DNA of 64,000 nucleotides from Bacilli bacterium (GTDB lineage Bacteria; Bacillota_I; Bacilli_A; RF39; UBA660): NCBI GenBank assembly GCA_017525035.1, contig JAFXTH010000014.1, positions 7,650 to 71,649 of the forward strand, read 5' to 3'. Shown piece by piece: positions 55,857 to 64,000 of this stretch (position 1 is its first letter; each line of letters starts with the position of its first letter). The notes under the pieces were generated by a model. It saw only the letters and a program-made list of their open reading frames with translations, ran no database searches and was not told where the DNA came from. The position numbers and the translations under genes were made by a program.

Positions 55857-57365
55857 ATGTGTAAAATTATTAAAAAATCAGAAAAAGGTTTTACCTTAAT
55901 TGAGTTGCTAGCGGTAATTATTATTCTTGGGATTTTAATGATTATAGCTATTCCAAGCGTAACAAGTTATATTAACAGCTCAAGAAAAAGTGGTTATGTT
56001 TCCACTATAAAAGAACTTGTGGGGGGTGCAAGAAACATAGTTAATGACGGAAAAATTAAACCATATGATACAAGCGTAACATATTATATGCCTGGAAAAT
56101 GTATTCCAACAGAAAATGCTAATAAATCGCCATATGGTGAGTTTGAAGCGTCATATATTATATTCAACTACACAGGTAGTGGATACGTTTATTATTGGAA
56201 AGGTGTAGACTCAAATGGTATGGGAATACGTGAAGCTAAATTGGTAGATCAAATTGATACTGAAGATATTGCTTCAGATTTACCATTATCAGATGTTGAC
56301 TACTTTGTTCCTATTGATGGAAGAACAAAAGTAGGTGTAATGAACGATAGTTGTAGTGAATTTACACCAGAAGATTATACTTATAGATTCACACCACAAT
56401 ATACATATGCTGCTACTTGTACAACAGGTGAAGCATTTACTTGTGATCCATCGACATATGGACAATCATATGTTTCTAATTGTGAAGCTAATACATATCA
56501 TTTTTCAATGACATCATCATCAAGAACACAAATGGGAAGCGGTGGTACTTGTTCTGGAAGCGGAACATCATTTACATGTAATTCTAGTACATTAGGTCAA
56601 TCTTATACAACAGCGAGTGTTCAACCACAAACTAGTATAAGTTATGATACAGTACCATCTTGTTCAAACTCTGGTAGCACAGCTTGTAATCAATCAACAG
56701 GATCACACACAGCATATGTATGTCAAACGCCAGTGTATACTTACTATTGGGGTAATTCAACAACATCTTCAGCATCATCATGCACGCCACATACATCATC
56801 ATGTAATGAGTCACTTTATAATTCATCAAATCCATACTATATAACATGTACACCAAATTATACTTACTCATTTGGAGCATCATCTAACTCAACAGTAAGC
56901 TCATGTACGCCAAATTCAGTATCATCATGTAATGAAAGTGTCTATAATTCAGGAAATATAACTAATGTAACATGTGTTACACAGTATAGTTATCATTTAA
57001 GTAATACACCAACAACAACAAATGTAACATCATGCTCTGATACATATACTTCTGGAGTGTCAGAATGTAATAATACTAATGGACCTGCGAACTTGGGTAA
57101 ATCATACGTAAGATGTTCTTATAATTCAAGTACAGGAACTTATACCAAAAGGGTATATAAATGTGAAAGAACACTAACAGGATATAAAAGAACAACTAAG
57201 ACATGTCTTAGAAATCAATCAGGATATCAAAAAACTCAAAGACAATGTATTAGACAGATAAATGGATATAAACGAATGGTTTATCGATGTGACGTTTATT
57301 GTGCAAAAAATACTCAAACTTGTAAGAAAGAATATAGGATAACGAAACAATATTGTACTAAATAA
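55857..57365 (+). CDS. prepilin-type N-terminal cleavage/methylation domain protein with a large Cys/Ser/Thr-rich C-terminal region
   Basis: MCKIIKKSEKG|FTLIELLAVIIILGILMIIAIPS is a class III signal peptide (G-FTLIE). About two dozen Cys residues in repeated modules. Confidence 0.7.
   Translation: MCKIIKKSEKGFTLIELLAVIIILGILMIIAIPSVTSYINSSRKSGYVSTIKELVGGARNIVNDGKIKPYDTSVTYYMPGKCIPTENANKSPYGEFEASYIIFNYTGSGYVYYWKGVDSNGMGIREAKLVDQIDTEDIASDLPLSDVDYFVPIDGRTKVGVMNDSCSEFTPEDYTYRFTPQYTYAATCTTGEAFTCDPSTYGQSYVSNCEANTYHFSMTSSSRTQMGSGGTCSGSGTSFTCNSSTLGQSYTTASVQPQTSISYDTVPSCSNSGSTACNQSTGSHTAYVCQTPVYTYYWGNSTTSSASSCTPHTSSCNESLYNSSNPYYITCTPNYTYSFGASSNSTVSSCTPNSVSSCNESVYNSGNITNVTCVTQYSYHLSNTPTTTNVTSCSDTYTSGVSECNNTNGPANLGKSYVRCSYNSSTGTYTKRVYKCERTLTGYKRTTKTCLRNQSGYQKTQRQCIRQINGYKRMVYRCDVYCAKNTQTCKKEYRITKQYCTK
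56736..57110 (+). repeat. three ~41-42-codon coding repeats within the pilin-like gene
   Basis: Units start at 56736, 56859 and 56985: Y(T/S)Y....S....SSC(T/S).....(S/E)CN(E/N)..YNS.N....(T/R)C. Confidence 0.7.
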
Positions 57366-57386
57366 TAAAAGATAATAAAAAAGCAA

Positions 57387-57416
57387 AAAAGATTAATAAT
57401 TTCATTAATCTTTTTT
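57387..57416 (+). terminator. rho-independent terminator
   Basis: AAAAGATTAAT-aatttc-ATTAATCTTTT. Confidence 0.75.
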
Positions 57417-57426
57417 ATTTTTTGTG

Positions 57427-57455
57427 TTGCCTTGACTCATTAAAAATGGTATGAT
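57427..57455 (+). promoter_or_regulatory. candidate essC promoter
   Basis: TTGCCT-17 nt-(TGg)TATGAT extended -10. Confidence 0.5.
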
Positions 57456-57502
57456 ATTTGTAGAATAAAATAGTGTGATAATAGTGGAAGCTGGTGAAAA
57501 GT

Positions 57503-60500
57503 ATGTTAGTTTCTTTGATAAAGAAGGAAAGAATATATTCTGTAACTTTGCCATTAAATGTTGATGGTACTTATTGGGTATCAGATAGAGACAAAAATGG
57601 TAATGAACGTAAGTTAGTTAGTATAGAAGAAAAAGATGGAAAATGGGTATTAAAAAGTAATAATGACAATAAAGTAATAGAAGAAGATAGAATCATTAAC
57701 GAAGTTACTTTATCTAATTATAGTTTTCATTATATTCAAATTGAAAAAGAAGAGATAGCACTTTTATATTGCTGTCCTGTTTATGATGAAAATAATATCC
57801 AAATAGAAGTTAAGAATTCTTGTGAAATTTTAATTGGTAAGAGCCAATTATGTAGAATTATATTTAACTTACCAACTGTATCAGAAGAACATGCTAAACT
57901 TGTTTTTAATAACGGATCTTGGGCTATTACTGATTTAAATAGTAAGTTTGGAACTTACGTTAATAATGAAAGAGTAATAGGTAGTAAGAAACTTGAACAT
58001 GGTGATGTTATATTCATAACTGGATTAAAGATAATTGTACTTGGAAACAATATAATTACTAACAATCCATTTGATAGAGCTAAATACAGTGGTGATGTAT
58101 TTAGTTTGTATAACAAACCAAATATAGCAATTGAGCCAACTGATGAAGAGAAAAATAATGAATTAGAAGTATTTGAAGAAAATGATTACTTCTTCAGATC
58201 TCCAAGATTTAGAACTATTATCGAAAAAGAAGAAATGGTAATAGATCAACCTCCTGGAAAAGAAAAAGAAGATGAAACTCCAGCAATCTTAACAATTGGA
58301 CCTCAAATTACAATGGGAATGAGTTCAATGTTAAGCTTGATGAATACATTACAGCAATATCAAAGTGAAGAAAATCCAGATATAGTTAAGTATCTACCTT
58401 CACTTATCATGGGAATAGGAATGCTTGCAAGTATGTTCTTATGGCCATGGTTAACTAAGATTTATCAAAAGAAAAGAAAACTTAAATACGAACGTGAACG
58501 TCAAGAGAAATATGGAGCTTACGTAGAAAGTAAACGTAATGAAATAGATTTGATCATGAAGAAACAAAGACAAATCTTAATAGAGAACTATATACCTCTT
58601 GAAGAATGTGAAAAGATAATCCTTACTAAAAATAGACAATTATGGGAAAGAAAAGTAGATCATTCAGATTTCCTAGATTTACGTCTTGGTATTGGTAATA
58701 GACCAGTTGAGTTAGATATTAAATATCCAGAAGAACATTTCTCAATGGATACAGATGACTTAAAAGAAATTACTAATACACTTGTTAATAAATCTAAGGA
58801 CTTAATTGATGTTCCAATCAACTTATCACTTACTGAAAAATATATTTTAGGTGCTGTTGGTAAGAGTGACGAAACACGTGAGTTCTTAAAACAAATGATA
58901 TTACAAATAATTACATTCCATAGTTATGAAGACGTTAAATTAGTATTCTTTGTAGATGAGAAAACTCAAGAAAATTGGGATTTTGCTAAAATACTTCCTC
59001 ATGCATGGAGCAATGATAAACAAGTAAGATTCTTTGCTACTAACTATGAAGAAATGTGTGAATTATCAATTCTTCTTGAAAGACAGTTAGATGCAAGAGA
59101 AGAAGCAAAAGAAAAAGCAGATTACAAAATGTTCCCACCATATTACATTATCATTACAGATAACTTTAAGATTGCTAAGAATGTTCCAATTGTTATTAGA
59201 GCATTAAAACTTAAAAACAATATTGGTATGAATGTAATAGTTCTTAATGAGAACTTATCAACACTTCCAAATGAATGTACTACATTCTTAAGTATAAGCG
59301 GAAGAAATGGTGCAATTTTCGAAAGTGAATTAACTAGTGATAAACAAAAAGAATTTGTAATAGATAATTATACACAAGGAAGTTTTATAAACTGTTGTAA
59401 GAAAGTTGCAAATATACCTATTAAATTTACTCAAGATAATTACAATTTACCAAATGTAATTGATTTCCTTGAGATGTATGGAGTAGGTAAAGTAGAGCAA
59501 TTAAATGCTAACTATAGATGGAAGATGAGTAATCCAACAACATCATTACAAGTTCCAGTTGGAATTGATGCTCATGGTATGTTATTTAAATTAGATATTC
59601 ATGAAAAAGCACATGGACCACATGGACTTATCGCTGGTATGACAGGTTCTGGTAAATCAGAGTTCATAATAACTTATGTTTTATCACTTGCTGTTAACTA
59701 CCATCCATATGATGTTTCATTTGTACTTATCGACTACAAAGGTGGAGGTTTAGCAGGTGCTTTCAAAAATGAAGACACAGGAGTTAAGTTACCGCACCTT
59801 GCTGGTACTATAACAAACTTAGATACACTTGAAATGAATCGTTCACTTGTATCAATACAATCAGAACTTAGAAGAAGACAGTCAATCTTTAATGATGCAA
59901 GACAAGCATTAAATGAAGGTACTATCGATATATATAAATATCAAAAGTTCTATAAAGATGGCCAAGTTACTGAACCAATATCACACTTACTTGTTATTTC
60001 AGACGAGTTTGCCGAGTTAAAAGCTCAACAACCAGACTTCATGGATAACCTAATAAGTGCTGCACGTATTGGACGTTCACTTGGAGTTCACTTGATCCTT
60101 GCAACACAAAAGCCTAGTGGAGTTGTTAATGACCAAATCTGGTCAAACTCAAGATTTAGGATTTGTTTAAAGGTTCAAGATAAATCTGACTCTAATGATA
60201 TGATTAAAGTTCCTGATGCTGCTATGATTAAGCAGACAGGTAGATTCTTCTTACAAGTTGGTTATAATGAATTCTTCGCTCTTGGGCAATCTGCTTGGAG
60301 TGGAGCTCCTTACTTCCCAACTGAAAAAGTTAAGAAGAAAATTGATACTTCAATGAACTTTGTTAATAACATTGGATTTGTAGTAAAAGAATCTGATGAA
60401 ATAAGAACTGATAAAGTGGCTGCTCAAGGTGAGCAATTAACTAATATAGTTAAATACTTATCTGATGTAGCTGCAAAAGAGAAGATTACTATTAAGCAGT

Positions 60501-62116
60501 TATGGCTTGATAAGATTCCTGCTCTTATCTATTTAGATAAATTAGCAACTAAATATACTTACCAACCAAGACAATTTGTAATTGATCCTATTGTTGGAGA
60601 ATTCGATGATCCATTTAACCAAAGACAAGGATTATTAACTCTTCCAATATCTGAAGTAGGTAATACAATTCTTTATGGATCTGCTGGTAGTGGTAAAGAA
60701 CAATTCTTAAATGCATTAATTTATAACACTATTACAAATCATAGTGTTGAAGAAGTTAACTTCTATATCTTAGAATTTGGTGCTGAGTCATTAAGAATAT
60801 TTAATAAAGCACCACATATTGGAGACATCTTATTTATAAATGATACTGAAAAAATTAGTAACTTATTTAAGATGTTAAAAAATGAAATAGATAAAAGAAA
60901 GAAATTATTTGCTGATTATAGTGGAGATTATCAAACATATATTAAATCTAGTGGTAGTTCAGTACCTACAATTGTTGTAATAATAAACAACTATGAAGCC
61001 TTCAATGAAGTTTATAATTCATATGATGACGTTATGTTACAACTTACTCGTGAAGGTAGTAAGTATGGTCTATACTTCGTACTAACAACTAGTGCAAGTA
61101 ACATGGTAAGATATAGACTTGCTCAAAACTTTGCACAAAAGTTGGCACTTAGATTAAATGATGAAAGTGATTATTCTGCAATTCTAGGTAACTGTCGTGG
61201 TACAAAACCATCAGATATTGTAGGACGTGGACTTATTAATTTAGGAGCTATATATGAGTTCCAAACAGCAATGATTTGTCCAGAAGAAGAATTAAATGAA
61301 ACAATTAGGAAGAAATGTAAAGAGCTTGCTGATAATTCTAAGACTAAGGCTAAGGGAGTTCCAATCTTACCTGAAAAAGTTACATTTAATCATATTAGAG
61401 ATGCCTTTGAAGGTATTAATAAACTTCCTGTCGGAGTTGAAAAACAAAGCTTGGATGTTTCTACAGTTAACTTGAAAAAGGGTTACATCACAATGCTTAC
61501 AAGTTTGGATATTACAATTCTTAAGAATCCGCTTACTCAAATTGGTAAGTTGATAGATATGCTATCCGAGACAAGATTTGTTGTAATGGATACAGAAGAG
61601 TTAATTGATCCAAATGACTATAAACATATTGATTATGCTAATTCTAACTTAGATGAAGTATTCTCTAAGATTAATGAAGAAATTAATAAAGCTAATGAAG
61701 CATATGTATCTAATAACTTCGATAAGAATGCTATTGCAAGTATTCCAACAACAGTTATTATTATCGCTGGTCTTGATAAATTTATTTCTAAGTTATCAGA
61801 TGATAATAAGAAACTTGTTGGTAAGATGTTTGAAGCAGGTAAAGAACTTGAAAAATATTGTTTCTTACTTGTTGATAGCGTTGATAAATTCAAGAAGTAT
61901 GAATACGAAGATTGGTACAGATCATCAATTAACAATACAAGAGGTATTTGGGTTGGTGATGGAATTGCTAACCAATTCACAATTAAGCTTGCTAAGACTA
62001 CTAAAGACTTATATGACGAAGTTGGTAACAAGTTTGGTTATATGGTTGAAAGAGGTGCTCCAGTATTAATTAAATTACTTGAAGATGCAAGTCCAGGAGA
62101 TGATAGTAATGAATAA
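57503..62116 (+). CDS. essC: type VII secretion FtsK/SpoIIIE-family ATPase EssC
   Basis: N-terminal FHA-like domains, two TM helices, three P-loop domains (GMTGSGKSEF, GSAGSGKEQF and a degenerate third); ~1537 aa. Confidence 0.9.
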   Translation: MLVSLIKKERIYSVTLPLNVDGTYWVSDRDKNGNERKLVSIEEKDGKWVLKSNNDNKVIEEDRIINEVTLSNYSFHYIQIEKEEIALLYCCPVYDENNIQIEVKNSCEILIGKSQLCRIIFNLPTVSEEHAKLVFNNGSWAITDLNSKFGTYVNNERVIGSKKLEHGDVIFITGLKIIVLGNNIITNNPFDRAKYSGDVFSLYNKPNIAIEPTDEEKNNELEVFEENDYFFRSPRFRTIIEKEEMVIDQPPGKEKEDETPAILTIGPQITMGMSSMLSLMNTLQQYQSEENPDIVKYLPSLIMGIGMLASMFLWPWLTKIYQKKRKLKYERERQEKYGAYVESKRNEIDLIMKKQRQILIENYIPLEECEKIILTKNRQLWERKVDHSDFLDLRLGIGNRPVELDIKYPEEHFSMDTDDLKEITNTLVNKSKDLIDVPINLSLTEKYILGAVGKSDETREFLKQMILQIITFHSYEDVKLVFFVDEKTQENWDFAKILPHAWSNDKQVRFFATNYEEMCELSILLERQLDAREEAKEKADYKMFPPYYIIITDNFKIAKNVPIVIRALKLKNNIGMNVIVLNENLSTLPNECTTFLSISGRNGAIFESELTSDKQKEFVIDNYTQGSFINCCKKVANIPIKFTQDNYNLPNVIDFLEMYGVGKVEQLNANYRWKMSNPTTSLQVPVGIDAHGMLFKLDIHEKAHGPHGLIAGMTGSGKSEFIITYVLSLAVNYHPYDVSFVLIDYKGGGLAGAFKNEDTGVKLPHLAGTITNLDTLEMNRSLVSIQSELRRRQSIFNDARQALNEGTIDIYKYQKFYKDGQVTEPISHLLVISDEFAELKAQQPDFMDNLISAARIGRSLGVHLILATQKPSGVVNDQIWSNSRFRICLKVQDKSDSNDMIKVPDAAMIKQTGRFFLQVGYNEFFALGQSAWSGAPYFPTEKVKKKIDTSMNFVNNIGFVVKESDEIRTDKVAAQGEQLTNIVKYLSDVAAKEKITIKQLWLDKIPALIYLDKLATKYTYQPRQFVIDPIVGEFDDPFNQRQGLLTLPISEVGNTILYGSAGSGKEQFLNALIYNTITNHSVEEVNFYILEFGAESLRIFNKAPHIGDILFINDTEKISNLFKMLKNEIDKRKKLFADYSGDYQTYIKSSGSSVPTIVVIINNYEAFNEVYNSYDDVMLQLTREGSKYGLYFVLTTSASNMVRYRLAQNFAQKLALRLNDESDYSAILGNCRGTKPSDIVGRGLINLGAIYEFQTAMICPEEELNETIRKKCKELADNSKTKAKGVPILPEKVTFNHIRDAFEGINKLPVGVEKQSLDVSTVNLKKGYITMLTSLDITILKNPLTQIGKLIDMLSETRFVVMDTEELIDPNDYKHIDYANSNLDEVFSKINEEINKANEAYVSNNFDKNAIASIPTTVIIIAGLDKFISKLSDDNKKLVGKMFEAGKELEKYCFLLVDSVDKFKKYEYEDWYRSSINNTRGIWVGDGIANQFTIKLAKTTKDLYDEVGNKFGYMVERGAPVLIKLLEDASPGDDSNE

Positions 62117-62363
62117 TAAAGTATTTATTATTGTACAAGTTCCACTAATTGAGGAGCGATACGAAGTATATATTCCTATTGGTAAAAAAATTCACAAGGT
62201 AGCTATGATACTTGCTAAGGCAGTATCAGAGCTATCTGGTGGTCACTATCCAATAAAGGAAGATGCAACCTTATATAGTAAGGTTACAGGAAAGCCATAT
62301 AATATAAATATGACTGTAAAAGAAACTGATATAAGAAATGGTACAGAAGTAATTTTGATTTAG
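62109..62363 (+). CDS. esaB: EsaB/YukD-like small ubiquitin-fold T7SS protein
   Basis: 84 aa, 8-nt overlap with the essC stop, C-terminal DIRNGTEVILI. Assigned by size and position. Confidence 0.55.
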   Translation: MNNKVFIIVQVPLIEERYEVYIPIGKKIHKVAMILAKAVSELSGGHYPIKEDATLYSKVTGKPYNINMTVKETDIRNGTEVILI

Positions 62364-62599
62364 CAATTATATCAAGCAAAAATGGGGTATACTAATAATA
62401 TCCCCTATAATATAAGGACATTGAAAAAACAAATCTAAAAAGTCTTTGAAATCCTTATAGAAAAATATAAGTGTGTGTGTAAAAAAGTGTTATATATTAC
62501 ATAAATAAATTGACAAAATAATAAAAATATAATACGATTAATACATAGAATAGTGTGGCTAGAGTTCTACCTATTTATTATTCGAGGAGGTGAATATTA

Positions 62600-62896
62600 A
62601 TGGCATTTGATTTAGCTATGGATTCTGATGGAACAAGAACTAATGGTAAAAAGGTTGTTACTAAAGCAGATGATTACTTAGCTGATGTAAAAGAACTATA
62701 TGAGCTAATTAATTCAGTTGATGGTGTATGGAAAGGTGTTGATAACGCTAACTATACAAACAAGATCGCAGACTATGAGCAAAATATCAAGTCATTAGGA
62801 CAAGTTGTAGGAAATTATGGTGTATTTATGCAGGAGACTGCTAATAACTATGATAAATTACAAAGTGAAATTGCTCAAGATGCATCTAGAATTTAG
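62600..62896 (+). CDS. esxA: WXG100-family protein (EsxA-like)
   Basis: 98 aa with central VWKGVDNANY. Strong RBS GAGGAGGTG. Confidence 0.7.
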   Translation: MAFDLAMDSDGTRTNGKKVVTKADDYLADVKELYELINSVDGVWKGVDNANYTNKIADYEQNIKSLGQVVGNYGVFMQETANNYDKLQSEIAQDASRI

Positions 62897-62920
62897 TTTT
62901 TTATAGAAGGAGGAGATACT

Positions 62921-63241
62921 ATGAACGGACAACAAGATTTCCAAGGTATGCGTGAAGCAGCTTCTAAAATGAGAACTATCGTTGAAAGAATGCACAGCAA
63001 TCTAGATGAAGCATCTTCAGATATTCACGCTACTACTGATACTTGGCAAAGTAATGCTGCTGATCACTTAAGAAGCAAATATGGTGAATTAAGTCCTAAA
63101 TTTGAAGATTTCTATCAAGCAATTACTAACTATGCTGATTTCTTAGATAGAACTGCTGCAAATTACGAAGAATTCGAAACAAAGAATCAACAGCAATCTG
63201 AAGAAGTTATGACTTCTGATTACACTGGACAAGCAGGATAA
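62921..63241 (+). CDS. WXG100-like protein (EsxB-like partner)
   Basis: 106 aa helical, with central TWQSNAADHL. RBS GAAGGAGGAG. Confidence 0.55.
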   Translation: MNGQQDFQGMREAASKMRTIVERMHSNLDEASSDIHATTDTWQSNAADHLRSKYGELSPKFEDFYQAITNYADFLDRTAANYEEFETKNQQQSEEVMTSDYTGQAG

Positions 63242-63248
63242 TGAAATT

Positions 63249-63270
63249 AAGAGCTTTGCTCTTTTTTTTT
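63249..63270 (+). terminator. rho-independent terminator
   Basis: AAGAGC-ttt-GCTCTT hairpin plus T9. Confidence 0.75.
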
Positions 63271-63316
63271 GCTTATTAATAGTGTTATAATTTATATATA
63301 GGATAAAGGTGATTAT

Positions 63317-64000
63317 ATGGATAAAGTTTTAGATAAACTTGTGGATGGTGGAGTTGATTTTGGATTAAAACTAATTGGTTTTATATTTATATTAGTAGTA
63401 GGATTTTATATAGTTAGATTACTGATTAGATTATTAAAGAAAGGAAGAGGTTTTGCTAGGTTAGAGAAGAGTGTACAAACATTTATAATAAGTTTTCTTA
63501 ATATAACACTTAAGTGTGTTGTGCTTGTTACAGCTCTTGCTAATATAGGAATACCTATGACATCTTTAATAACAGTATTAGGTACAGCAAGCTTGGCTAT
63601 AGGTCTTGCGATGCAGGGTGGACTTACTAATATGGTAGGAGGACTTACAATATTAATATTTAAGCCATTTAAAGTAGGAGATTGGATTGAAAGCAATGGA
63701 TCAAGTGGAAGTGTAGAAGAAATAACAATTTTCCACACTGTACTAAAATCACTTGATTGTACTAAAATAGTACTTCCTAATGGAGAACTTGCTAATAGTA
63801 ATATCAAGAATTTTACTTATAACTCTAAAAGAAGATTATGTCTTGACTTTTCTGTTAGCTATGATAGTGATATAGATAAAGTTAAGCAAGTTATTAAAGA
63901 AGTAATAGACAAGGAAGAATTAGTCTTAAAGGACGAAGAAGTGTTTATTAGACTTACAAATCATGCTGATAGTGCTCTTATATTTACTGTCCGTGTTTGG
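63317..64000 (+). CDS. MscS-family mechanosensitive channel, 3'-truncated by window edge
   Basis: Not in the ORF track because no stop lies inside the window. Translation: MDKVLDKL..., three TM helices, FKPFKVGDWIE..GSVEEITIFHTVLKSLD..IVLPNGEL. Confidence 0.8.
   Translation, partial: MDKVLDKLVDGGVDFGLKLIGFIFILVVGFYIVRLLIRLLKKGRGFARLEKSVQTFIISFLNITLKCVVLVTALANIGIPMTSLITVLGTASLAIGLAMQGGLTNMVGGLTILIFKPFKVGDWIESNGSSGSVEEITIFHTVLKSLDCTKIVLPNGELANSNIKNFTYNSKRRLCLDFSVSYDSDIDKVKQVIKEVIDKEELVLKDEEVFIRLTNHADSALIFTVRVW

Noticed and set aside
56632-56883. 83-aa (minus) and 66-aa (plus) ORFs inside the pilin-like gene
   Set aside because: They are shadow ORFs created by the repetitive Ser/Thr/Cys-coding region. 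They have no start context.
61633-62069. 132-aa (minus) and 138-aa (plus, alternative frame) ORFs inside essC
   Set aside because: Both are fully embedded in the well-supported essC frame. Open alternative frames are typical of AT-rich DNA, and neither has an RBS.
62471-62480. (GT)5 microsatellite in the esaB-esxA intergenic region
   Set aside because: Too short to argue for phase variation, and not positioned between recognisable -35/-10 elements.
62364-62599. Terminator after esaB (GGGGTAT...ATCCCC)
   Set aside because: The stem is only 4 GC pairs plus a bulged extension, and no T-run follows. It is not convincing as an intrinsic terminator.
63406-63807. 133-aa minus-strand ORF
   Set aside because: It is antisense to a clear MscS channel gene (63317 onward) that the track missed because it has no in-window stop. 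It has no RBS and a low-complexity Ser/Leu/Ile composition.

Overview
AT-rich, low-GC Firmicutes-type chromosomal window (standard genetic code, AGGAGG-type RBSs, many TGnTATAAT extended -10 promoters, hairpin plus T-run terminators). No rRNA, tRNA, CRISPR array, integrase or transposase was seen. Layout: (1) 1-5.5 kb housekeeping and miscellaneous genes: sortase fragment, DUF4186, apt, CYTH, ClpX-like AAA+, ABC transporter. (2) 5.5-10.4 kb: five genes of unknown function, including an HExxH protein and a RelE/Gp49-like fusion translationally coupled to a 617-aa helical protein. (3) 10.5-36 kb: a Wzx/Wzy-type polysaccharide locus in two halves. The first half has the initiating phosphotransferase, GT4, Wzy, LicD, Wzx and GT2. 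The second half has a second LicD, a cytidylyltransferase plus SDR, a pyruvyl transferase, a second Wzx, LCP, a BY-kinase and a PHP phosphatase. (4) The two halves are separated by a ~9 kb accessory island (17.9-26.8 kb). It encodes an HNH-nuclease fusion, a TIGR02391/HEPN-like protein bracketed by two tiny hydrophobic-peptide ORFs embedded in structured RNA, an RloC/PrrC-like ABC ATPase with a CxxC hook, a DUF4160-like fusion, DinD and two small membrane proteins. This is the best candidate for an undescribed conflict/defence system. (5) 36-41.6 kb housekeeping: GNAT, PASTA lipoprotein, cysteine desulfurase, TtcA-like protein, SAM riboswitch-metK. (6) 41.7-45.7 kb: a type VII secretion substrate-like module with two WXG100-like genes and an 826-aa protein built from near-identical 420-nt tandem repeats. 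(7) 45.7-55.7 kb: a convergent YhgE/Pip-like plus MMPL operon with a divergent TetR gene and palindromic operator, then T-box(Ile)-small ORF-ileS (type 2). (8) 55.8-63.2 kb: an orphan prepilin-like protein with a Cys/Ser/Thr-rich repeat domain directly upstream of essC-esaB and two more WXG100 genes, followed by a 3'-truncated MscS channel gene. All functional calls come from motif recognition by eye; no database search was run.
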